A stretch of DNA of 64,000 bases from Andalucia godoyi And28 (lineage: Eukaryota > Protista > Jakobida), in NCBI GenBank assembly GCA_009859145.1, contig VRVR01000027.1, positions 48,915 through 112,914 of the forward strand, read 5' to 3'. The position numbers and the translations under genes were made by a program. Under the pieces are notes generated by a model, which worked only from the letters and a program-made list of their open reading frames with translations, was not told where the DNA came from and made no database searches. Positions 1 to 10,689 of this stretch are shown in pieces (the first letter of the stretch is position 1; the number at the start of each line of letters is the position of its first letter).

Positions 1-3000
1 CTTCTAATTTCGCACATTGTGCTTTGCGGCACAATACTTCGACCGCGAATATTCTTTCTTCGTCTTTTTGAAGATTATTCTCTTGCAGAATCTCGATCTC
101 CTTCAGCTTCAACTTCGCATCCTCCAACCTGCCTTCTTCCAAGAACGCATCCACCAGGGTTAGAAGGTAGGCAATGAGAGTTCTTGGCTTGGACGGATTT
201 TCTCCCTCTTTTCCTCCAATGATACTGACTACCTCGACTTCAAACAGAGAGACTTCTTTAAAATCACGGAAAACACGTAAATTCTCAATCTTGAGAAGCC
301 GAAACGGATGCATCAGCTCTCCGACACCCAAAGCATCGATTCCTGCTCCCCTCTCCTTCACCAGTGCTTGCACACTCTCATAGTATTTCTCAAACTCCTG
401 TCGATCAACTCCGATTAGAGCGCACATTTGCCTTTCGTAGCAGCATAAGACTTCAGGAAGTACTTCATGACTAAGAGGCCCACTTTCGGAATTAAACAGT
501 TGCATCACTAACATGACCAGTTCTGTTGAAACTGTCTGCTCGTTTCGAGAATCATAGTACCATAAAAGACACTGGAATGTCGAGAGGAACCCGCCTTTCA
601 GTCGAGTTACGTGCAACTCCAAGACTTTCCACAAGTTTTCCAGATCTGATTGGATCATCCGCGACCCTAGGTTCTTCTTATTAGTATCCTGGCTTTGTAG
701 TAGTGACCAATACTTTGTACTGATCTCCGCGTAATGTTCCCGAAAGGCTTCCAGGATGCGGTCCGTCGAATCGTGGTCCGGAACCTGCGCCGCCAGAAAA
801 CACGACGTTACCGGCTGGATGTTCCAAACGTCGAAATCATTTCGGTCGCTGCCCTCGACGAAGACGTATCCCATTACATTGAGCGAATATCCTTTTCTAA
901 TCAGGCTGCGACGTTGCAGCTGCGCCAACATTTCATCGCACTTCTCCAAATAAGAACCATACTGCCCGTTTGCTTTTGATAACTTTTTCAGGAAGTCTTT
1001 TGGATCAACAATCAACCCATAAAACGGAACCAGTACACGGAGGAACTGCTGACAGACCACATCCAGTTGATCGTACGGTTCTCGAAGACGACCGACCATG
1101 TCTTCCAGAGGAGTATTTGCCATCTTCTTCAACAACGTACCGTATCGAACATGTTGGAGCACAGTCTCTGGTGACTCTGTCTTATTGAGCTGCCAATATG
1201 CTGCAGCAACCTTGATAGAAAGTGGACAACCTCGCAAGGCTTGTATCAGTCGGGGAAGGAAAGGATCCCGCACCCATGACCCTCGACCACTCGTGGTGTC
1301 GAGCTGCTGAAGAAAAAGCTCTTTTGAGCTGTTGAGATCAAAATGGCACAGATTCAGTGCATTGCCCCCTGGGGCCACTCGCCACAACATGTCTTCTTGA
1401 GAGGCACCATGCAGTCTGGAACCTATGAGCACAGTAACACACTGGTCCGCTTGAGAGAACGCGGAAGAGTTGAGATCCGTCAACAATTCTCTGAAATCCT
1501 TCACATCCTGCGCTGTGAGGCAGCAACGACCAACACCATCCGCGTTCAGCACAACCTCAAAGTGGTCGAGAATCAGCACTTTACGACGAGCATCCGATGC
1601 CAACCACTTTTTGATCTTCGCAGCCCTGACAATGCCCGTCCTAAAATCAATTTCATAGAAAGCTGAAGATGGTTCAGTCGATTTCCACCACCAAGTCAAG
1701 TACTTCAGAAGTGCCGTCTTTCCAATCCCGACCGAGCCATGAATCACAAAAATGTTTCGTCCTTCTTGTGGACATTTCAGCATCTGTTCATCAATTTCTG
1801 TGAATTCGGGAAGACGACCCACGAGGGAAAGGTGTTCTGAGCACTCTCCAACATCCAAAGGATTCTGCAGATTCCCATCCACTTGCACGGTGTCGTTGCT
1901 TGACGTACTTTGGAAGGCCTTCGAACTGTTCACGAACACAACTGGTAAGAACCAGTCCTGCAATCCAATCGAATTTTCGTGGTTGGCAACCTTGGTGTCG
2001 CAAGCTCGGAGACTCTTCCGTGCCAGCATCGCAGCATAACCAGGATTGCATGGGTGTCGAAATAAATGTTCGTAAAAGGCCAGCATGAATTCTCTTGACG
2101 AATCCTCAAGCACAGAATGGGAAAAACCAACTACGAAGGAAGCGTTGTTCGCGATTAAATGAGCTGCCATTGCTTTGGAATTGGAAGCGTCAATAATTAC
2201 AATTGGGATGCGAAACTGGGAAATGAGATTGCCAAACTCGGCTGCACAAACATCATGGATTTCATCGTCGCTGTGGTCGCCGCCGCTGCTGTCTTCTTTC
2301 GACTGCTCGAAACAAAGAACAGATCGTCTGGTTGCGTCGGTGTCTCCACAAACCCTACTGAAACCATCAAAATGAAGAACATGAAAACGAGCTCCTGGTT
2401 CCCCGAGAGCCCTTTTCAACGCACCCAACGTCCCAGGGCAGATGATTTGCACTTTCCACGGAATCTGTGAATACTGACGCGATAGCGACACCAACTGAAG
2501 CGCATATCGCCGAACGTTCTCACTTGATGCACTGGAATTTGGACGAGGACATATGATGGCAATGCGAAGTTCTGCATCAGCTGCCACAGGAAGGAGACGA
2601 GCCGAACCAGCATTGTTCGGTACATTCAGTGGAATTTCTCGAACCAGCGGAATGGCCAGTGCAATGGGATCTGGATGATTCGGTTGCATCAGGGTCTCCC
2701 AGTGTAGATCTTGGAACTGCTGCCCGCCAATAATCTTAATCAAACTATCCGAATTATCTTTCAACTCTGCAAATATCTTCGAGAATGGTTCGTTTTTGAG
2801 CGGCTCGAGTTGTTCAAAAAGACACCTTCCATACCTCTCGATCACCCGAAGGGCAGAAATTTCCATGGACATTCGAAGTGGCATGTCTGGATAGTCCTCC
2901 AAGTACGCTCGAATGGTTTCCTCGTTCCACTCGTCACTCGTCACATCACTCGAATTCACAGCACGGTGAAAAGGATCCCACATTAGAAATGGACCCCACA

Positions 3001-3130
3001 TTTGAAATGAAGGCTGGTCAACATCGCACGCAGAGCACCAACTTATTCGGACCGTGAAAGTAGGCTTGCCAGTTGCGGAATCAGCACCAATAGACCCACA
3101 TTCGATGCGGAACTCGTTTGACGCAGACAT
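1..3130 (-). CDS. CHAT (caspase-like, catalytically degenerate) + STAND/NB-ARC-like NTPase + helical/TPR-like protein; 3' end beyond the window edge
   Basis: Absent from the ORF track because there is no stop in the window. My translation from ATG at 3130 (MSASNEFRIE) gives CHAT-like motifs DLHWETL, RIAIICPRP, ICPGTLGALKRAL, FHVLHFDGFS, IPIVIIDASNS, FMLAFYEHL and LQDWFLPVVF. These are followed by LVGRL, Walker A GSVGIGKT (1715-1738), Walker B VLILDHFE, sensor VLIGSR, LRGCPLSI (GxP) and a helical repeat-like region. The frame is still open at base 1. Confidence 0.85.
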   Translation of the reverse strand, partial: MSASNEFRIECGSIGADSATGKPTFTVRISWCSACDVDQPSFQMWGPFLMWDPFHRAVNSSDVTSDEWNEETIRAYLEDYPDMPLRMSMEISALRVIERYGRCLFEQLEPLKNEPFSKIFAELKDNSDSLIKIIGGQQFQDLHWETLMQPNHPDPIALAIPLVREIPLNVPNNAGSARLLPVAADAELRIAIICPRPNSSASSENVRRYALQLVSLSRQYSQIPWKVQIICPGTLGALKRALGEPGARFHVLHFDGFSRVCGDTDATRRSVLCFEQSKEDSSGGDHSDDEIHDVCAAEFGNLISQFRIPIVIIDASNSKAMAAHLIANNASFVVGFSHSVLEDSSREFMLAFYEHLFRHPCNPGYAAMLARKSLRACDTKVANHENSIGLQDWFLPVVFVNSSKAFQSTSSNDTVQVDGNLQNPLDVGECSEHLSLVGRLPEFTEIDEQMLKCPQEGRNIFVIHGSVGIGKTALLKYLTWWWKSTEPSSAFYEIDFRTGIVRAAKIKKWLASDARRKVLILDHFEVVLNADGVGRCCLTAQDVKDFRELLTDLNSSAFSQADQCVTVLIGSRLHGASQEDMLWRVAPGGNALNLCHFDLNSSKELFLQQLDTTSGRGSWVRDPFLPRLIQALRGCPLSIKVAAAYWQLNKTESPETVLQHVRYGTLLKKMANTPLEDMVGRLREPYDQLDVVCQQFLRVLVPFYGLIVDPKDFLKKLSKANGQYGSYLEKCDEMLAQLQRRSLIRKGYSLNVMGYVFVEGSDRNDFDVWNIQPVTSCFLAAQVPDHDSTDRILEAFREHYAEISTKYWSLLQSQDTNKKNLGSRMIQSDLENLWKVLELHVTRLKGGFLSTFQCLLWYYDSRNEQTVSTELVMLVMQLFNSESGPLSHEVLPEVLCCYERQMCALIGVDRQEFEKYYESVQALVKERGAGIDALGVGELMHPFRLLKIENLRVFRDFKEVSLFEVEVVSIIGGKEGENPSKPRTLIAYLLTLVDAFLEEGRLEDAKLKLKEIEILQENNLQKDEERIFAVEVLCRKAQCAKLE

Positions 3131-3534
3131 GGGTTCACTGAAATTCGTACGGAACTGTTTGCAAAATGTTAGGGTAATTGGCGATCTCGTGTTCTGATTT
3201 GCAAGGGGTATTTTTCGTGCTGCAAATCAATTATGGAAAAGAAGTCCTCGGGTGATTGACTTGTTCCGCAACCGAAGGTTTGAGCTCCTCCGCTATGAGT
3301 CAGAGTGTTACAAGCACAAAAAAAATCCGTTTTGGAAATTCGCTGCTTTGTGACAGCTGATGGCGTCAGGCATTGACATGGCTGTTACACATCATGGCAA
3401 GCGCATGACCACAAAAAGTGTGCGGGCAAAAGCTGCCGATGGGGTTCGATGAAGCACTCAAGAGTCAAGACAGTCCAACGGTTGTCCCCTCCAATATTTC
3501 CACAGGGTCTTTTAGAGAACATATTATCCCAGGC

Positions 3535-5166
3535 ATGAAGCGCCCTTTCGCGACTTTGACGTTGCTAGTACTCGCAGTTATTCTGATCGAATATGCTTGT
3601 TCCGCTGAAAATGGATGTCCGTCGATCGAAGATCTATTGGACCAAGACAAGGTAGAGTTCCAATTCATCTCTGCAAACGAGATTGCTGTTTCCCTCGAGG
3701 AAGAAGATTACGACACTGTGTCTCCCAAGGTTTCCACTGGCGTTTCTCTGATTCCAGGCTTTGAAAACTATTATCTTGGAAACAGTCGTGTAAATATTAA
3801 TGGAGTCGCAATGGCCGCAGTTTCCGGTGTTTCCATTAACGCAATACCTGCTCATGCGCGATTCCAAGCAACCTCTACCGCAACCAGAAGTTACAAGAGA
3901 CTACCCCCCAGACCTACCTCGATGGGACTCTTGCATGCAGATTGGAATCGCAGCAGCTCCGGAATACGATCCACGGCGAACAAGTTTCGATTCCAATCTG
4001 CGGGCCTTCAGACCTTTTTTGATTCCATGTTGCCACTGATGCGTGCCCATGTTCGGTCCGTTCACCGCCAAATCATCGACCAAGTGATCCCTTCGATTGC
4101 CGCCTACGCTCCTTCGGAATCGTTTCCGCACGTCACCTTTTCCTCCACCGCAAATTCGGTTTCGGGAGTTCTCAATCTCACACTGGATGTGGACACAGAT
4201 CAATTCACGGTTCCCGAGGCTCCGCGTCAACACTTTTCATCCTACTCAGTGCACTTGGGCCTCCTTTCTGTCATCGAGTACCGTGCATCGGATTGCAGCG
4301 GTTTCAACAAGACCTTCTCTCCGGATTCGTGCAGTGGGTTTCAAAAGTACGACGTGGCGTATGCGGATTGGAGTCCATTTGCACCGCACTCGGTTCCGTC
4401 GCAATATGGCTTCATTCCGTACGTCTCCACCATTGACATTCCTTCCAAGGGCACCCTGTCGGTGACGTACATCTCATCCCCCGTGAAGGCACAGTTTCAA
4501 AACATCACCTTGGAAGATGACACTGTGTACCTTTTCGTCAATATTACGTCGTGGACCTATTCGTCTGGGAACGAATTGCTTGCATTCGAAATGGTGATGG
4601 TTGGAGAATTTGTGAGTGGCTCTGCGATCGTCAATCAGACACAACTCACCTCGATCTATAACTCAACTGGATCCACACGACCGGCTGCCAAAGAGTTTTT
4701 CCACTTTGATAATGTCATCTCTTCGAGTCAGGGCACCGCGTCCTTTCTGCTTCAACCTCGACCACCTTCGACGAACTTTTCGCTTTTCACATTGCCAACC
4801 TGCGCGGTACCCGAGTGTTCGCTTTGGGACGCCAATGCAACCAAGAGTCTTGTGTACTACTCCATGGTATCTCCAGACCAGTCGGATTTCACGTGGGTGG
4901 TCACTCTGGACAGTGCAACGCCAGTTGCGGACGCCATTCCCCCTCCTTCCGTTCCACCGCCCCGCTCGCCTGCAAGTTCCGACGAGAACACCTTGGTTTT
5001 CGAGATTCTCTTTGCGCTCGTTGCGTTTGCGTTCATTGCACTGTTGTGGTACTGCTGGGTACTGCGTCGTCGACTGGCTGCGGCGATGAAGAATGCAACA
5101 TCGACGGTTACTGTTCCTCTGGAGTTGCAGAGCTCCTCGGAATACCGGAGGTTTCAAGAAGGATGA
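3535..5166 (+). CDS. Type I membrane protein of unknown family (signal peptide, large ectodomain, Pro-rich stalk, one C-terminal TM helix)
   Basis: ORF 3418..5166; the likely ATG at 3535 starts a signal peptide (MKRPFATLTLLVLAVILIEYACSA). Many N-x-S/T sites, stalk PPPSVPPPRSP, TM LVFEILFALVAFAFIALLWYCWVL followed by RRR. Confidence 0.8.
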   Translation: MKRPFATLTLLVLAVILIEYACSAENGCPSIEDLLDQDKVEFQFISANEIAVSLEEEDYDTVSPKVSTGVSLIPGFENYYLGNSRVNINGVAMAAVSGVSINAIPAHARFQATSTATRSYKRLPPRPTSMGLLHADWNRSSSGIRSTANKFRFQSAGLQTFFDSMLPLMRAHVRSVHRQIIDQVIPSIAAYAPSESFPHVTFSSTANSVSGVLNLTLDVDTDQFTVPEAPRQHFSSYSVHLGLLSVIEYRASDCSGFNKTFSPDSCSGFQKYDVAYADWSPFAPHSVPSQYGFIPYVSTIDIPSKGTLSVTYISSPVKAQFQNITLEDDTVYLFVNITSWTYSSGNELLAFEMVMVGEFVSGSAIVNQTQLTSIYNSTGSTRPAAKEFFHFDNVISSSQGTASFLLQPRPPSTNFSLFTLPTCAVPECSLWDANATKSLVYYSMVSPDQSDFTWVVTLDSATPVADAIPPPSVPPPRSPASSDENTLVFEILFALVAFAFIALLWYCWVLRRRLAAAMKNATSTVTVPLELQSSSEYRRFQEG

Positions 5167-7532
5167 GCGGACGCCTGCGCGTTTTCCAGACGTGCTCTGT
5201 GACGACGTGCGAAGCTCGTTGCAATAGTCTTTTTCGTGTAAAGTCACTTTTTCGTCGTATCTTTTTGTAATTCTTCCAACCGAAGAATGTATGATCGAGA
5301 GTGAACTTATGCACTCACCTTGTGCGACCGATCGGTATCTTTATGGCAGCCGTAGAATCTCCTCTCCCCTGTCCCTCAACGCACAATGATGCACCATCCA
5401 CATTCCACTGTGCATGATGCATCGATCAGAAATGGAAAATCCACCGTAGCCTGAGCCCAGACCGCGCCCCAGCCGACGTGTGCTCGTATGCCGACCTCGG
5501 TTGTGCTGCTTACACAGCTCTGCTCGTGCATCCAACCCGTGCAACGCACTCCGAGATCCGAGTTCAAGTCCCTCAGCAGCTTGTCCATCATCCCATTCAC
5601 GGTGAACCCCATCCGCCCGCTGGGGCACCAACGCACGAACCCGGTGGCTCTGTTCTTTCCAATCCCCCCATCTTTCATCCTTGTCGTCCTATCTTCGCCT
5701 GTTGGTCTCTTCGACCATACAGCAATTGACCAAGAATGAAGATGCTCCGAGCATCCAGCGCGATTCTTCTCACGTATGTCTTGCACCTTTCTTTGCGAAT
5801 GTTCAAGACAACTCGGACATTCGCTTGGATCACGACAAGTATTCGCTGTACGACGCACTGAACTGCTCCGACACGCGAACATTCCAGCGTGCAGTCGCAA
5901 AGTGTGCAATGGAAACGGCGTGTTCCAGGTGATCGGCGCTCTCCTGAACATGTCCTGCGTATGCTATGCTTCCGATGCCCCGCGGATACTGGGCAGGAGA
6001 GTAGTGCGAGAAGTGCGAGAAGTGCCTTCCGGGCTGCGACCCCGCGTCCAACTGCACACAGTGTGCCCGGTATGATGACTGGGTGAGCATCAAGGCCGTG
6101 GTCCAGCAGCTGATTGACGCTGTGCAGATGCTGTCGTCGAATGTTTCCTCGCTTCAGAGTGCAATCGCGGGCAATGCGCACGACATTGCTTCTTTGCTGG
6201 CCAACGACGGCGTCCTTACAAGGTGGTTCTCCACCGTACTTGGCGCGCCTGCCGAGATTTGGCAAGCGGCAACCACCGGAGAATCACTGCAACTCGGCGC
6301 CGTCTGCTCCAAGTTTTGCGTCTTGTCGGCATCCCGCACGGCAGCGTATCAAAGCTTCAGGATTCGATTTCACCTGCCGACTGACCATAGTTGACGACCA
6401 GTGGACTTTGCAATCCTCGAGCAGCGGCCCCAATCTGACGATTGTCTGCGAGTCTCTCTGCTGGACCCTGCCGCAGTTCTAGCACATTTTGTCCGAATGC
6501 TTTTGGGATCTGTTCGCCTTTGTTGACTTCAAGACATTGAACTAGTTGAAGGGAACTCTCGTTTTTTCTTGTCATGCACTTCAGCGAAATCACATGTGCT
6601 CAGAGTCTTGCATCTCATGTTCACCATTTCCTTTCTATTGTGATGATTAGATGGTAGCGAGTAATCGTCTCGATGCAGTGGTCTCATTGTAAAATCCATT
6701 CTTCAATGGAGATCCGTCCGCAAGAGCCTCTGTATTCTGTCATCTTGTTTTCCATGATGCAATGAATGCAATAGACGCCCCTTGTTGCGTTCTAATGTCT
6801 GACGACCATGCGTCCATATTGAGAAATTCACTGGTGCAAGTTTGTTCTTGGGTTTGTCACTGTAAACATCACCCTAAACAAGAAGCTAGCGACCCGATTG
6901 TTAGTGCGAAGTCACAGTCAAGCAGATGCCTAGAAGGCCGTGAACATGGATGAGACGGGGTCCAGGGAGACCAGGAATCGAAAATCCGCCTTCTGAGACA
7001 CCTCGCGGGACCAGGAGGGTCCAACGAAAGGTCAATCCTGAACGCAACCGCGTCATTATGATCATCTTCATGTCAGCAGATAGCAGCGCATCCACGTCGA
7101 TGTTTGCGTCTGATGGAACATAGGCCCCTTCAGCAACATTTGCTCCATCAGAACGTGTGCCACAGCATGAATCACGAGGAGCGCTTTCGAAGAAGAAGAG
7201 GAGTGAAGCCAAGAAGCCGAATTCCAAGGGATGCGCACAAGCCCCATGTGTCGATGTCACATTGCAGTCGCTAGATCGGCAGAGAGAGGAGAAACGCCAA
7301 CAGGAAAATGTGAAAAACGAGAAGGCAGCAAAGCGAACGAAGACTAGCGTTGCGACTCATGTCCAAAGCTCCATTCCTGACATCCAGCAAAGTTAAGAAT
7401 GATTAGCAAAGCCAAGAATGGTTACAATAAGCGATTTGCAAACAAAATGGGCTCTTTAATCATAATTGAGCAAAACGTGTTCAGACCTGGAGAACACACG
7501 TTCGTGGAATATTTGCGAGATTTCCAGAATGC

Positions 7533-9620
7533 TCAAACTGGATTATTTTGATCGCCAGCAGTTTCAAAGAACTCTTGCACTCGCTGAACCAGCCGTTCAC
7601 TCGCGCTGCTCCGTTTCTTCAATTCAAACAAACTGGGAAACTCTTGATGCAGTCGTCGCAAAAAGGAACGCAACGGGCGCCGCTCCTGCGTGTCAAGCGC
7701 CGGGATCGGAACAGACGGGTCCAGCACATCGTTCAAAATGCCTGATCGAATTTGAAACAAGACGGATTTGTTGGCCACCCGGCTATGCGATTCTACACGA
7801 GTTGATTCGTTCAAATAAATGGCCACCGGCGGCAGCCACGAGAGGACGTCACCAATCGCAAGATAAAACACTGTGAGCACAGCCTGCTGCAGACACACAT
7901 GCAACCGCTGTCCGTCCGTGAGAGCGGTCAGAGAGCGCACAGAGTTCAGCCAATCCGGCGAGAATGCCGCGTGATAATGAAACTCTCTTTTGTCGCGCTT
8001 CTGGATAAACGATGCACCGCCCCAGTCAATCAAACAAATTGGAAACTGAAAGTCACTTCGAACGTCCTCCAAGAGCACCACATTCTGCGGGCAAATGTCC
8101 ATGTGATGCACGTCAATCTGGCTGCAAAGCAGGATGATGTTGGTCAATTGTTGCAAGAGCTCTATGCAAAAAGCGAGAGGGCGGTCCGGGTAACACGATG
8201 CAAGTGGCAACGGCACTCCTACAGGAGTTGTGCACAGAATCGCTCCATGATCGGACTGCTCGGAATGCAAGAGAGTAGGCACCCAGAAATGATGGTGGCC
8301 GCAGACGATTTTGGAAAGTGCCTGCAGTGCACCAAGTTCGGTGGTCCATTCCGCTTGCTTCGATACCGGAAAGCACTTGACAACGACAGAGGTCGTCGCA
8401 TCAAGAGTCCCGGTTGCTAGTTCCACTGCATCCATTTTCCCGATTCCATGGACCGGTGCACGCTGCAGCATTCCAGTCAGCTCCAGTCTCGGTGAAATAG
8501 ACAGTGAGCTCACGATTTCAGTGGACATTGTAGACACAACTGGTGGCGGCGCACCATCCCACCCACACAGTGCATGTGGATTACTGGACAGCAGGAAGCA
8601 AAGGCCTTTCATACCGTCCTCTTGAAGCGCAATTGGATCTGTTTCCAGCAGCTCGTAGTCCCATCCGGACTCGGAATCGAAAATGCGCAAGCACAGGAAA
8701 ACAATGTAATTCCGATTGCACGCAAACCCCCAACACACACGTCGAGAAATACCTGACTCCTGAACAATGTGCGCAAATCGCTGGTACACTTGCTGGGTAG
8801 CCTCGGAGAGCTTTGTCTTTTTAGTGCCGTCGAGTCGATCGAGTCCCTTGAGTTCTCCAGCAATGCTTGCTCCCGAGTACATGGGCCGTCGCAGAGCTTG
8901 ACGGCCGATGCAGAACAGCAAATCGACCCTTTGGTTCTGTCCGTAGAGGCCACTCCGCGAAAAATCCACCAGATGCATGTCGCCGTGCTTGGAGAGGAAT
9001 CGAGTGATGAACAGCCGGAACTGCACTTGCAGAAGCGGCTCAGGACAAGAGTCCAAAGGAAGCGTTCCAACCGTCTCGTTCCACATTGCTTGGAAATCCT
9101 CCCAGAACGGGAGATTGGATGCAATGGAGGGGAAAAGATCGTCAAACGAAGACCTCGTGGCATACAGATTGGTGGTACCGCTGCGAGACGACGACCCCAA
9201 AGCCAGCAAATCCTGCGACAACTTGGAGAGGAAATACTTGATATCGGATACCTTCGCCACCTCTTCGGCAGCAAGTCTTCCTTGATGCTCCGCCTCTTTC
9301 TCTTGTCTCTCACGATCAAGGGCTATTTGTGTCGACTCTTTCTCCTGTCTTTCTCTCTCTTTCTCAAGACGTTCATGTTCAGCGGCTGCTTCAGCAATCT
9401 CCTTCTCTTGTCTTTCTCTCTCTTTCTCAAGACGTTCATGTTCAGCGGCTGCTTCAGCAATTTTCTTCGCCTTCCTTTCATGTTCAGCGACTGCTTCAGC
9501 AATTTCCTTCGCCTTCAAAGCGTGTTCAGCGACTGCTTCAGCAGCCTCCTTTGCCTGCTTCAACTGCTCGAATTGCTTCAGCAGCTCCTGAATCTTGTCA
9601 TTTGGATCGGACGAACTCAT
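7533..9620 (-). CDS. Crinkler/RHS-type (CR) effector-like protein: coiled-coil repeat header + PD-(D/E)xK REase-like domain + protein kinase-like domain
   Basis: 695-aa ORF. N-terminal EIAEAAAEHERLEKERERQ repeats; RVDLLF...AGELKG...QQVYQRF...CWGFACN (REase-like); VVVKCF, ELGAL, HHMDICPQNVVL, CLIDWG (kinase motifs). Confidence 0.75.
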   Translation of the reverse strand: MSSSDPNDKIQELLKQFEQLKQAKEAAEAVAEHALKAKEIAEAVAEHERKAKKIAEAAAEHERLEKERERQEKEIAEAAAEHERLEKERERQEKESTQIALDRERQEKEAEHQGRLAAEEVAKVSDIKYFLSKLSQDLLALGSSSRSGTTNLYATRSSFDDLFPSIASNLPFWEDFQAMWNETVGTLPLDSCPEPLLQVQFRLFITRFLSKHGDMHLVDFSRSGLYGQNQRVDLLFCIGRQALRRPMYSGASIAGELKGLDRLDGTKKTKLSEATQQVYQRFAHIVQESGISRRVCWGFACNRNYIVFLCLRIFDSESGWDYELLETDPIALQEDGMKGLCFLLSSNPHALCGWDGAPPPVVSTMSTEIVSSLSISPRLELTGMLQRAPVHGIGKMDAVELATGTLDATTSVVVKCFPVSKQAEWTTELGALQALSKIVCGHHHFWVPTLLHSEQSDHGAILCTTPVGVPLPLASCYPDRPLAFCIELLQQLTNIILLCSQIDVHHMDICPQNVVLLEDVRSDFQFPICLIDWGGASFIQKRDKREFHYHAAFSPDWLNSVRSLTALTDGQRLHVCLQQAVLTVFYLAIGDVLSWLPPVAIYLNESTRVESHSRVANKSVLFQIRSGILNDVLDPSVPIPALDTQERRPLRSFLRRLHQEFPSLFELKKRSSASERLVQRVQEFFETAGDQNNPV
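9330..9560 (-). repeat. Intragenic coding tandem repeats (63-bp and 42-bp units) forming the coiled-coil header
   Basis: tgtctttctctctctttctcaagacgttcatgttcagcggctgcttcagcaat occurs at 9346 and 9409 (period 63). Shorter AKEIAEAVAEHERK-type 42-bp units follow. Confidence 0.9.
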
Positions 9621-9761
9621 GGGTCAATACAGAAGTGAAATGAAATGAAAATAAAGAATGTGAATACACACAAGAAGAAAGGAAGAAAGAGAGAAAGAAA
9701 AGAGAAGAAATGCAAACGGGAAAAAACAGCATAAATGCGGGGTTTTCCCGGCTGCCCCGAT

Positions 9762-9843
9762 GGTATGAGTACAGACATTCCTAGACTCGTATCAGTGAAT
9801 AGCTATTCACTGATATGAGTCTGTACATTTCCCGACTCATATC
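9762..9843. repeat. Nested inverted-repeat array; 40-bp near-perfect palindrome at 9783-9822
   Basis: agactcgtatcagtgaatag|ctattcactgatatgagtct (1 mismatch). Four copies of a GATATGAGTC-like 10-mer in alternating orientation at 9762, 9784, 9812 and 9834. Confidence 0.85.
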
Positions 9844-10689
9844 ATTCAAGGGTTCGGAGATTTTCCAGACTTGTTCCCGGTCCCCTTTCTTTTTGAGGTT
9901 GCTCGGTTGTCCTGTGTTTTTCTTTTCGTTCCGTTTGTTTCTTTCAGAATCGTTTCCGTCCCCAAACTATGGGTAGCCCGGATCAGCTCCGAGGGAATAC
10001 AGACATTGCTGGCAGAACATTGTCCAGGAGTCTTACTGCGGTCAAACAGGATCGTCGCATCACTTCCTTGTGAAACCTCGGCGAGGGATGTCTGTGCATG
10101 TTCCAACTGGCCGCATAGTGCACTTCGGCTTCTGGATGTAGACGATAGCACCGACTGCAGGCGTGTTTGATGTCTCTGTTATATGTATTTTCTTGTCTTT
10201 ACTGAAGTTATTCCCCTTATTATCCTCGTCTCAAAGTCGAGATACTGCTGTGCACAATCAACTCGCTTGTCTGGCTATTTCTGTGCGATCCTGCCGAGGA
10301 TCGCCCTTCCTTCTATCGACCTCTTTATTTCAAGGCCTGCACTGTTGTTGATACGAAGTCATTTTGAAGATTAGACTGGCTGTCGTCGAAAACGCTTTAA
10401 CAATGGGACTGAGGAAACAGCGGAGCACCTGGACTTTGATCTGCAACAGCAAGTTGTCTTCAGCAAGAACTTGGGGTTGTGGTCGCATTGCCTTTCGGTA
10501 TTCTCTTTAATGGTGAAGATCCGTGAGGAGTGGAAAGCGTATGCGCTGTACGTTGTATGGAGCTCTCCAGTGTCCGTCAAGCGATTCTGAGTCACTGTGT
10601 TGCAGCTCAATTCCATGACTTCTTCTTAGAAATCTGGACATCCATAAAGACTTGGCACACGACATGTTTCAAATCAATGGAGAAAAAGG

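Noticed and set aside
5341-7400. Several overlapping short ORFs, including a Cys-rich stretch (CEKCEKCLPGCDPASNCTQC) and SLYDAL, faintly like viral BRO/KilA-N proteins
   Set aside because: Frames are broken by stops and the similarity is too weak to call without a profile search; possibly a decayed element.
8769-9638. 289-aa plus-strand ORF and other overlapping ORFs with LFLLS/FSNFL repeats
   Set aside because: Antisense or alternative-frame read-out of the repetitive header of the CR-effector gene.
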